Below, piece by piece: positions 42,613-52,149 of a stretch of 64,000 nucleotides of DNA. Position 1 is the first letter of the stretch. Every line of letters starts with the position of its first letter. Origin of the DNA: Pelagomonas calceolata. Lineage: Eukaryota. The position numbers and the translations under genes are program-made. The notes under the pieces were generated by a model, which saw only the letters and a list, made by a program, of their open reading frames with translations, did not search any database and was not told where the DNA came from. Where the stretch lies: the NCBI GenBank assembly GCA_918797485.1, contig CAKKNE010000001.1, positions 124,001 to 188,000 of the forward strand, given 5' to 3'.

Positions 42613-43297
42613 TGCTGCAGCAGAGGGTGCAATGGCTTATGAGGTCATTTTGTTGACTTCTAGCAAACCGAGCGATGCAAGCTCTTGAAGGCGAGGAACA
42701 CTGCTCCTGAAGAACGTCTCAACGATGCCTTGGGTTCCAAAGCCGCGTGCAGCCGGAGATATAGCGCCAGGATTCGAGATGATGGCAGGTTGGCCTGTCG
42801 GAGAGCACCCAGCCAAAGGTCGCGAGGATACAACAAGGCGTACTGGAGGACTCCTCCGAGAGCGGCTCGAGGTTGTGTTCGATGAATAGGGCTCTAGCCC
42901 AGGCTGCTGCAAAGCGAAGCCATTGCCACTGTGCATTTGCCCAAAGCGCTGCATTTTGACGCGCTGGTTTACGCTGGGTAGCTCTATTTGTACATAGCAT
43001 CAAAGTGCAGGCGTTGCATGTTCACCCGCCGCCCTGCGCTTCGTTAAAGACTCAGCCAGCAGCACTGCAGCGCTGCAGCTGAAGCCCAACGCGTCCACGC
43101 CATCGCCGCGCGCCGCGGCGTCCAAAATTGATCACTCCGAGCCGGCTGATGAAACAACCAAAACGATGCATGTATTGACCGACGCGCGCGTTTGACGAGA
43201 CACGTTTCAATCTCCTGACGGCTCACGGCTCTTCGCCGCGACGGCGACACCTGCACGCAAACGTCCGCGTAACCGCGCACGCCCCGCGCAGCGACAC

Positions 43298-44113
43298 ATG
43301 CTCACCATCGCCATGCTCCTCGCCGCGCTGCGCCGGGGCGCGTCGCTAAACCCCGAGCGCCTCAAGCACGTGCCAAAAGGCTGGCAGGTCGCCGCGCCGT
43401 CCGCCGCCGACGCCGACGTCGTGGAACAAAGGCAGCTGGGCCACCCGGCCAACATGGTCGGCGTGCCCGCGGTGTCGCTGTGTCGGCACGGCTACCCCCA
43501 GGCCGTCCTCCAGGACCCCGGCGCCCACAAGTTCGGCGCCGGCATGCTGCGCCTGACGTGCCCTCACCTCTGCGAGGCCGTCGACGCGTGGGAGGCCGAG
43601 GGCGCAGTGCGCGCGCTGTCAGCAGAGCTGCTCGCGGAGGACGCGAACCGCGACGCTCTGCGAAAAGTGAACGAGCGCCACGCGGTGACTCGAAAGTCGA
43701 TGGTGCAGGGCGAGGCGCTCGCGCGGGCCGAGGCTCGTTTAGGTGCGGACACCGTGCGCCGCGTCCTCGACTCAGGCATCACGGGCCTCACTCCGTCAAA
43801 ACTGGACGACGTCAAATGTTTGCATGCCCAGCTCGCCGACGAACTGCTGTCGCGGGACAACGCCGTCGGGAAGAAGGTGCTCGAAGGATTGGAGGCGCGC
43901 GGCGTTGACCCGACTGGATCTGAAAAATGTGGAGAGCAGTGCTCCGGCTGCGTTGATGGCTGGCGGTACACGCCACGCAAGAACAAGCAGAAGCTGCGGG
44001 CGACGCGCGCGCGGCACAAGAAGCTGCGCGAGTTATCGTTGGCCGGGTACGCGACGTCGTTCGGGCCGGGCCGGCCGCTCGAGCCCGGGGTGGCGGCGTC
44101 CTTGGAGAAGTGA
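43298..44113 (+). CDS. DUF501-family protein with N-terminal leader
   Basis: CRHGYPQ, LRLTCPHL, GITG, VKCLHAQLAD motifs. Confidence 0.78.
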   Translation: MLTIAMLLAALRRGASLNPERLKHVPKGWQVAAPSAADADVVEQRQLGHPANMVGVPAVSLCRHGYPQAVLQDPGAHKFGAGMLRLTCPHLCEAVDAWEAEGAVRALSAELLAEDANRDALRKVNERHAVTRKSMVQGEALARAEARLGADTVRRVLDSGITGLTPSKLDDVKCLHAQLADELLSRDNAVGKKVLEGLEARGVDPTGSEKCGEQCSGCVDGWRYTPRKNKQKLRATRARHKKLRELSLAGYATSFGPGRPLEPGVAASLEK

Positions 44114-44387
44114 GCGTAATGTTTGTCGTCTGTATTTTCGAACCTGGAAACCTCCGAAGCCTTCCCGGGGCGGAGGTTGCAAAACCTGTTTTGAGCTCTC
44201 ACTTCAGGCCAATTACGCCATTGCATCTCCGCCGCTTGCCGCTCGTCGGCCAGTCTGCGCTTGGAATCGACGTTAGTAGCCCTATCTACATTGCCTCTGC
44301 AAATCGGAGGACCACTAGACTCGTCGTCCCTCAGAGCAGAATTTGCTGTGAAACTCGCCACCTCAAACTTTCTCAGACGCAGACCTC

Positions 44388-44703
44388 ACGGCCTTCGGCG
44401 GCTTCAAGACCGCATCGCCGTGGCGTCCTCGGTACATCACCTTCGACCGATTGGCGCAACGGTAGCGCGTCAGATTCCAGTCCTGAAGGGCGGTTCGAAT
44501 CGCGTATCGGTCACTTGATGTTCCGTCGACCGTCGATGGTACGCCCACAGGCACGGACGCCCCCGCCTCGTCGACAAGCACCTCGCCGGCCAGCTGCCGA
44601 TCGACCACCCATCTCGCACACGTTGCAGGGCGTCGAGAAAACGAACGAGGCTATCCACATCCTCGAGAGCGGCGAGTGCCTCCGGTGCGTCGTCATCTAC
44701 TAG
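44388..44703 (+). pseudogene. 5'-truncated fragment of class-III alcohol dehydrogenase / S-(hydroxymethyl)glutathione dehydrogenase, interrupted by a tRNA-containing intron-like insert (44412-44550)
   Basis: TAFGGFKT | RTD.PRLVDKHLAGQLPIDH.ISHTLQGVEKTNEAIHILESGECLRCVVIY* matches the ADH3 C-terminus (with small indels); no N-terminal part is visible upstream. Confidence 0.72.
44445..44513 (+). tRNA. tRNA-Trp(CCA) copy 1, with a ~3-nt deletion in the variable loop/T-stem (pseudo-tRNA or sequencing error)
   Basis: Matches copy 2 except AAGGGCGGTTCG versus AAGGTTACGCGTTCG and one D-loop base. Confidence 0.7.
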
Positions 44704-44748
44704 GGCGCGGTACCGCGGCGGCGTCCTCGTACGCCTTCGCCCGCCTTC

Positions 44749-44820
44749 GACCGATTGGCGCAACGGCAGCGCGTCAGATTCCAGTCCTGAAGGTTACGCG
44801 TTCGAATCGCGTATCGGTCA
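44749..44820 (+). tRNA. tRNA-Trp(CCA) copy 2, full 72-nt cloverleaf
   Basis: Perfect acceptor stem GACCGAT/ATCGGTC+A, D-arm GCGC/GCGC, anticodon loop TTCCAGT, T-arm ACGCG-TTCGAAT-CGCGT. Confidence 0.93.
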
Positions 44821-44941
44821 CTGGTGATGTTGTAGTAGGAGCGCGTCGCCGACGGTACACCCACAGGCACGGCTTCCACAAGCTCATGACGGAGTAGTCG
44901 CCGATCCGCGTAATGACGCTTGATAAAATTTATAGAACCCC

Positions 44942-45726
44942 CTACTCCTCGCGGGTCGTGGGCAACCGGCTCGGCGCTCTAGAAGGATCGCGCGACGCCA
45001 ACGACTCGGCGACGTTTTTCGGCCCCCCCGTCCGGTAATAGGGCGACCACGACGGCACGCCGTAGCCTTGATCCTAATCTGGTCCTCGGACAACTTCCCG
45101 CCCCGGAAGCCGTACTGCTCGAACCAGTAGGCGTCGGGAGCCAATCCAGAAAGGGGCTGCTTGACGTAGTCTTTCGGATTGCGGAAGTAGGGCGACCACA
45201 TGGGCACGCCGTTGCCATAATCTCTAGCTTTCTCTTCACTGACCGCTCCACTAAAGCCGAACTGCTCGAACCACTCCTGGTCGCCTAAGGGTGTATCGGG
45301 CGGGAAGGATCTCTGAGTTGAGGGTGCTCGATACGTCGTTCGGTGCGTGTCGATGTCCCACTTGGCTCGGTTCGGATCCTTGCTTCCGACGCCCCGAGCC
45401 GTGGGCTGGCGCGAGCCGTACGCCGAGGGCTGGCGCGAGCCGTACCCAGAGGGCTGGCGCGAGGACCGCTCCGTCGGTGCCGCGCTCGGCATCGGCGTCG
45501 GCTGTCTCGCCCTTAGTTTCGACTGCGACGCTACTTTCGAGAAGCGGACGCCGTCCTTGCCGACGTAGCCCGTGCCCAATGCTTTGCGATGCGCGAGGAA
45601 CTTCATGCCCGGCCGCACGCCCTTCGGCACTTCCGTCGTGAAGCGCTGGCCGTCGTCGTCCTTGAACAGGAGCTGCTGGCCGGGCTTGGCGCCGGGCGGG
45701 CAGATGAGCGTGAGGGGCGCGACCAT
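44942..45726 (-). CDS. Protein with CPPG module, SRQP repeats and two WFEQFGF...WSPY repeats (frameshift near 45075)
   Basis: Translation from MVAPLTLICPPG; the frameshift-corrected second repeat ends GYGVPSWSPYYR. Confidence 0.65.
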
Positions 45727-46201
45727 GGCTGCGGCGCGGCGGCGGCGTCTGGAGGCTGCCCTGTCGCTGTGTTTGGTTTCAGGCGGTCCGCTGGTACCGG
45801 TCCTCACGGGAGCCGCTGGGGCGCCAGTCGTTGGTCCCGCGCGCGCGGTGCGTCGTCGGCGGCGTTGTTTCGGCAGCCCTTTCAACAAGCTCGTCCGGGA
45901 GAGGCCGCGGCGTTGAGACCATTTTTGTCTCGGGTTCGAGACTTCGGCGGAGGCGTAGACCCGTCGCCGGCCGGCCCGCAGAGCTCTGGGCCCACCACTG
46001 AGGCGTCCATGAGCATCAGCGCGGCGCGGCGAGCCGAGTTCGTTGGCATCAGCGGCCGCGCTGTGCTCGGCGCCATCACACGCCGTCGTAGCGCAACCCA
46101 GACGGTCGCCAGCGCCTCCGCGGCCTCCGGCGAGCCCCCCACGGACGCCAGCGGCTGCCCCACACGCGCAGAAGGTTGCGGGGCAGCCCCACACGTTAAG
46201 T

Positions 46202-47319
46202 ATGGCCCTCTCCAAGGAGCAGATGCAGGTCATCGCGCGCAACGCGACGCTGCGAGGCAAGACCCCAGATACGAGTAGAAGGAGCACGCCCAAGAACTCC
46301 AGACCGAACAGCGCCGCGTCTACGGGTAGGAGAGTCATGGAGACGACGCGACGGCCGACGACGCAAGAATATGCTGGTTTGACAGCACGACCCAAGGACG
46401 ACGAAGTAGTACTAGTCTGCCCCGAGAACACGGTGCCCGGCGAAGCGCTCTTCTTCCGCGACGGTGGATTGAAATGCAAGACCAAGGTCCCGCCAAACGT
46501 GCGACCCGGGCAAAGGTTCAAGGTCCGAAAGTCCGAATGCTCCGTCAACGGCCAGCCCGCCAAGAGACCGCCGCGACCGTCGCGGGCCCAGTCGGCGCCG
46601 TCGCGACGAGACCCGAAGCCCAAAGCCTTCCAAGCGCCCCTCAATTTCCCGGAAAAGAAGCCTCCGGCCGACCCCTACAGTGACATGGACAAGAAGGACC
46701 CGTACCGAGATCCCTTCGTGCGCGACCTGCCGAACGTGACCTGGAAGGACAAGCAGCTCATCGAAGAGTACAAGAAGCGGCGCGATGCGGGTCTGGTTAC
46801 TGATGAGGCGTATTGGCAGGAGCAGGGCTTTAAAGCGGTGGGCGACCCCTCGAAGATCTCGGAAAAGAAGAAGAAGGACTACGGCTTCGGCGCGCCGAAG
46901 TGGAGTCCCTACTACCGTAGTAATCAAACGAAGGAGCAGATCGAAGCCATTGCTGCTGCGCCTGTGGAGTCGGCTCTCGGCGACCAGGAGTGGTGGGAGC
47001 AGTTTGGGTTTAAGGGGCCGTTTCGGAGGAGAAGAAGCGGGACTACGGGAATGGGGTGCCGGGCTGGTCTCCTTATAGTCGCGTTCGATCAGGTGGCCCG
47101 TTGGTTCGAACCGGTCTCCCGGCGGACGCGTACTGGTTCAGCCAGTTCGGCTTCAAGATGGGCCAGGTCTCGGAGGAGAAGCGCGACTACGGCTTCGGCA
47201 TCCCCTTCTGGTCGCCGTACAACCGCCCTAAAGGTGGACAACGCGCGGCGTCGGCGCCCCACGCGCTCGTAGTCGTCACAAGGACGACGGCGCGTAAGTC
47301 ACAAGGACAAGAACATTAG
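46202..47319 (+). CDS. Divergent paralog of the preceding gene: CP..PG module plus three W..QFGF...WSPY repeats (frameshift near 47015)
   Basis: LGDQEWWEQFGF and DAYWFSQFGF...RDYGFGIPFWSPY shared with the 44942-45726 gene. Confidence 0.65.
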
Positions 47320-47416
47320 CTAAACAAAGGGGTCGCGTCTACGGCGTGGAGCGGGTCGCCGCGGCGCAAAATCGCGTCGACGGCGCGGACCAACGTCGCC
47401 TCGTGCAGCCTCCACT

Positions 47417-48417
47417 TCACAACGCCAAAACTTCCCCACGAGCAAACCCCTCGCGCCGCAGGTAGTCCGTCACTTGACTACAACCGCTCACATCCAATGA
47501 AGTCAACTTCAGACAACCTGTCGACAGGGCATCAATCCCGGCGTCGGTCACGTTGCGGTTGCCGTGGAGCGAGAGCCACGTCAGATTGGGACAGCACTCA
47601 CCGAGCGCGAGCGGCGCTTCATCGTCGACCGCGACGCACCAGCTCAAATTCAAAATTTCCAGCTTTGCGGCTGCCGCGCGCGCTATTTTCGCAATTGCAG
47701 AACCATCGACGCCGCGGCTCCCGGTGCAGTCGAGGCGCCTTAAGTCAAACGCTCGAAGGCGACCGTACATTGATAGTCCAGCGTTGGCGTAGCACACGAG
47801 GCCCGTCAGTTTCAGGGAAGCAAGAGTCATGAGAGACGCGTCGGTGAGCTCCGGGCACCTTGTAACGTCGAGGAAATGTAATTGAGGAGCGTGCTCGACC
47901 AGAGCCTTGATGCCCGCGTCGCTAATTAACGAGCAGCCGGAGACGGAGAGCTCTTGTAAGCTACTGGGCAGAGCCGCCAACGCGTCGTCACCCAACCGGA
48001 CCTGCCGGAACAGCCCCCGACGCCGAGCCGGCGGCAGTTTCCTAGTAATCTTGAGACTGTTGCCGGGTCCGCGTCCGGCACGCCATTTAAGTTTATGTGC
48101 TTTAATGTAGCGTGCTGAGTGTCGGCGACGGCGTCGAGGATCGATGCGGCGCGGCAGAACTCGAGATTTAATGAAACGAGGCGGTGTTTCTCCAGGAGTT
48201 GTGGGAAGAGTGCTGTCGCTTTTGTCGCTCCTAGCTTGGAGTAGAGCGGTCGCGCGTCGAGCTCGTCGACGACGACGCTCTCCCGGACGATTTTGCTCGT
48301 CGCTTGGGCTCTGCCCTTGCATTGTAAAGACGTGAACGGGAGGATCAGCGGCAATGCGGCGTCGAGCGGCGTCGTAACCTCTGCGGCATCAGTGTTGTCT
48401 GCAGGGGTCGCTTCCAT
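47417..48417 (-). CDS. Leucine-rich-repeat (LRR-CC, FBXL-like) protein, multiple frameshifts
   Basis: LQELSVSGCSLISDAGI, LDVTRCPELTDASL, LNLSWCVAVDD, LSLHGNRNVTDAGI, LDVSGCSQVTD. Confidence 0.8.
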
Positions 48418-48518
48418 CGTCGACAGCCGTGCTCAATTCGGTTCCAACGGATGTCTGGGATGTAGTACTGCTGCAAGAGCGACTGATAAAAACAAATTGC
48501 TAAGGTAAGGCAGCCGTA

Positions 48519-48542
48519 GCTAGCGGCATGTAAGGCACTAGC
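48519..48542. promoter_or_regulatory. CTAG-dyad intergenic motif
   Basis: GCTAGCGGCATGTAAGGCACTAGC between divergent genes. Confidence 0.65.
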
Positions 48543-48813
48543 CAGGTTTTGCTAGCTCCCGCCGCTGAAGCTGGAGCTGGGCTAACGCCCCAGCGTGCCG
48601 CGGCATAGGCATATTCTTAAAAAACGCAGCTCCGAGCGGCCACCAGCGTGAGAAGCGTCAGTTCGCCCCTGTTTTCGAGTTGGAAACTTTGAAGCAGCCT
48701 TGCGCTGAAGCTGAGTCATATATCGGTCTACAGACGCCACGGCATTTGTGACGGCTCACGGATAAGCTGGTCCGGTGCCGCCGCAACAGCTCCGTCGAAA
48801 GAAACGAAGAATC

Positions 48814-50141
48814 ATGGGCGGTCTCCGCAGCCTCTGGTGGCGAAGAGCGGCCGAGCACCACAACGCCCAGCAGACGCGCATGTGGGCCGAGTACCAGTCG
48901 CGGGGCTATGGGGAACAACAGACGACGGTCCGGCCGCGCCGGCGCCCGCGCACGGAGCCCCAGGACCCGGTGTTGTTCGGCGTGCTCATGGCCCTTGCGA
49001 TCGGCGTCGCGTGTGTCCTGACGCTCGAGCCCACGACCTGCCCCTACGGCGCGAAACAGCTCCTCGCGGCGCGCGAGCCCTGGCAGACGGCGAATAGTAC
49101 GACGCCGCCGCGCTGGGCCGACCTCAACGCGACGATCCAGAACGGCTTCACGCGCTGCGGGAAGTACGCGAACGACACGGATTTATTTGTGGACGATTCC
49201 AATGAAGGCGCGGGCACGACTTATGGCTACGCCCGTGAAGACGTGGAGGCGTTGGTAGAGAGGGCCCAAGCCGTCGTGGAAAAGCGACAATACGGCTCGC
49301 GCCCGAACGACGCGCACTTCCTCGAGGCGCTCGTGGGCCACGTGGCCAACGGGTCGTCGGTGCTGGTCGTCGGCAGCGCTGAGCCCTGGCACGAGGCCGT
49401 GTGCCTCGCTCTGGGCGCTTCAAGAGTGACGACCGTCGACTACGGTTCAAGAAAATACGAGCACCCGCAACTGGACCAGGTCAATGCGAGCTTCTGGAAT
49501 CAACTAGACGACGCGAATCTAGGATACGACGTCGTTGTCTCCGCTTCATCGCTGGATCATGATGGACTGGGCCGCTACGGCGACCCCATCGCGCCGGACG
49601 GCGACCTCCTGACGATGCGGTTATTACTAAGAGCGCTCGCGCCAGGAGCTAAAGTTATCCTGAGCGTGCCGGTGGGGCCCGACAGGATTATTTGGAACCT
49701 GATGCGCATATATGGAAAAGACCGCCTCGCGCGATTGACAGACGGCTACGACGTCGTCGAAAAAGAATAGGCTACGACTCCACGAAACTAGACGAAGCGC
49801 CCGAGAACGTGCTACGGACGTACGAGCCGGTGTTTGTATTAAGCGTGCCTGACCAGATTTGCCTGGAGGATGCGTTCTGGTGCAACTTTCAAAAAAGGAC
49901 GGTCTTCGGCCAATCCGTCGTCACGGTGGTGACGGTGGTGGTGGTGGCGCTCATGGTCCTGTCCGTCGCGCGGGATTTGCGGGCGGGCAAGTACCTCGCG
50001 GCGGGGGCGACGCTCGTCATGAGCGCCATTGCTGCGGTCTATGGGCCGGTCGCGCTCTTCTGTCTGCCCGTGCATATCTACATCCACCGACCGGAGCGGC
50101 CGAAGGTCGTCGACTTCGGCCGCGCGCCGCGACTCGGGTGA
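48814..50141 (+). CDS. DUF268-family (methyltransferase-like) membrane-anchored protein; frameshift at ~49765
   Basis: VLVVGS..PW.E..CL..GA..VTTVDY, SSLDHDGLGRYGDPI.PDGDL, VPVGPDRIIWN..RIYG. Confidence 0.78.
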
Positions 50142-50273
50142 CGCGCGCCGCGCCGCAGCGACCATCGCAAGAAGCGACGAAGGAGACGCTATGACGCCCG
50201 GCGACGCCTACTGGGTAGGCGTCGCCCGGCCGAGGAAACCCGCACTCCGCCTCCGTTGTCGTAAACACTTGTA

Positions 50274-51708
50274 CTATCTTACCGTGGTGTCCCCCGACGC
50301 GTCGTCCGCGTCTTCGTCCTCGTAGTCCTCCTCACTAGAATAGTCCTCGGGGTGGAGGAGCCGCCCGACGCCGGACTCCGACGACTCGAGGCCGCCGCCG
50401 CGAGTCTCGAGGAGCGCGATGAGGGCTCTCAGGTTGCCTTCGTCGTCGGCCGTCACGCGGCCCCAGCCACCGCCCTCGCCGGCCAGTTCCCACGCGACCG
50501 TCCTGAGAGCCGGGCAGCCCTTCACGAGCTTGAGCACTTCCGCGGCGCCGAGCGCCGGGACGCACGACAGATTCGCGGCTCGCAAACTCGCCGCGCACCT
50601 CCCCTTCAGCACGACGTCGACGACGGCGGGCGTGAGCGCGTCCATCGACGCGACGTTGAGCTCCGCGAGGCCGAAGCTCGCCAGGACCCGGAAGCACTCG
50701 TCGCCGTCGTTGCCGCAGTGGGGGAGGGAGATACGCTCGAGCGTCGGCCGCGTCGCGTGTAGCGCCTCGTAGAAGGGGCGACCGAGGCACATCAGCGACG
50801 GCAGGGCGAGCTCGACCAGCGCCGGACAGGCGCGTACAAGTTCGAGGATCAAGTCCGGACTGATCGCCGTCCTACCCATCCTTAGCGCCACGAGCCGCCC
50901 GGGCAGCGGCGACGCGAGGAGCCACTCGACGAGCGCCAGACTCACCACGCAAAAGTCCAAGTCGATCTGGTCCGCATTCGTACAGGTATGCAGCGCGCGC
51001 TCGATGCGGTCGAAGCGCGACGGGATGACGTGCGACCCGTGGCCGTGGCTGAAGAACTCGAGGCAGCGCAGGTTCGGGAACGCGGCCGCGTAACTCTGCG
51101 CGAAATCAACCAGTGTGGCGGGGGCGTTTGTAATTCCTCACAATCTCACAATCATTCTCGAGCACAAGCGACGTCGACGCGATGTTTTGCGCACTGGCCC
51201 GGACCTCGACCGCGCTGCCGTTGCACGGTAGCTTCACGACCTCGAGCAGCGGGCACGCTTGCGATATCTTGGTGGACAGGTCCTCGACGTCTGCCGTCTC
51301 GATGTTCGGCACGTCGATGACGCAGACGAGCGTTTGCAGCAACGGGCACGCGCGGCACATCTCGAGGAGGCGCGCGTCCGTGACGGCGCAGCGGTAGAGG
51401 CACAATTTCTGGAGACCTCCCGCCGTTTCCGTGATGGTAGATTGCAGCGCGGGGAGGGCCGCGTCGGCCGCGCAGAAGCTGACGAGCTCTCTCGCCCCGC
51501 TGCCGAAGATTCTTCCTTCCGCCTCGATGTTGCGCGGCTCGGCCAGCGCGTCGAAGATCATCTTCGCGAAGCGGTCGTCGGTTTGTATGGAGCGATGCAC
51601 TGCAGCGCTCGAGGACTTGTTGCACTGTCTTAACGCAAGCAGATCGTTGCGCGGCAAGTACTTTGCAATTAGGGGCACCAGCTCTTCAGGCAGGTCTGTG
51701 AGGGACAT
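50274..51708 (-). CDS. F-box/LRR protein, frameshift near 51110-51190
   Basis: MSLTDLPEELVPLIAKYL...LRQCNK (F-box) followed by ACP.L..L LRR units. Confidence 0.75.
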
Positions 51709-51941
51709 GATTGCTGTTTTCGTGCGTTTTTTGGCGCGGAAGCGGTGCGGTGGACTCGATGCGTCTTCCAACGTGCTTGGAGTCAAGAACGCTTGCCTCT
51801 GGTGAGGTGCTAGGACTGAATTAGGACCCTTGCAACCGGAGACGTTTTCGGACTCGTCTTTTATGCGATTTCATGGCTAGTCTCGGGAACGTATTACTCC
51901 CGAGTTTAATTTTTCGCAAGTTAAATGCGATCCTCTGTCTT

Positions 51942-51964
51942 GCTAGTGTCTTACACGACGCTAG
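51942..51964. promoter_or_regulatory. CTAG-dyad intergenic motif
   Basis: GCTAGTGTCTTACACGACGCTAG between divergent genes. Confidence 0.65.
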
Positions 51965-52149
51965 ATAAATATTGCTCTGCCTTTGCAAAGCGCTTGACTT
52001 AGGCGTCCGCACGGCTTTAGCTCAGGCTCCAAGCTGCGCAGACACATCAGAAGGCTGCGGACGACCGCTCGTGCAAGCACGAAGTGCCAGGTCGACCGGT
52101 GCGCCGCGTGAGGCAAAACAGGCGATATCGACAAAAAACGCACGTACAG

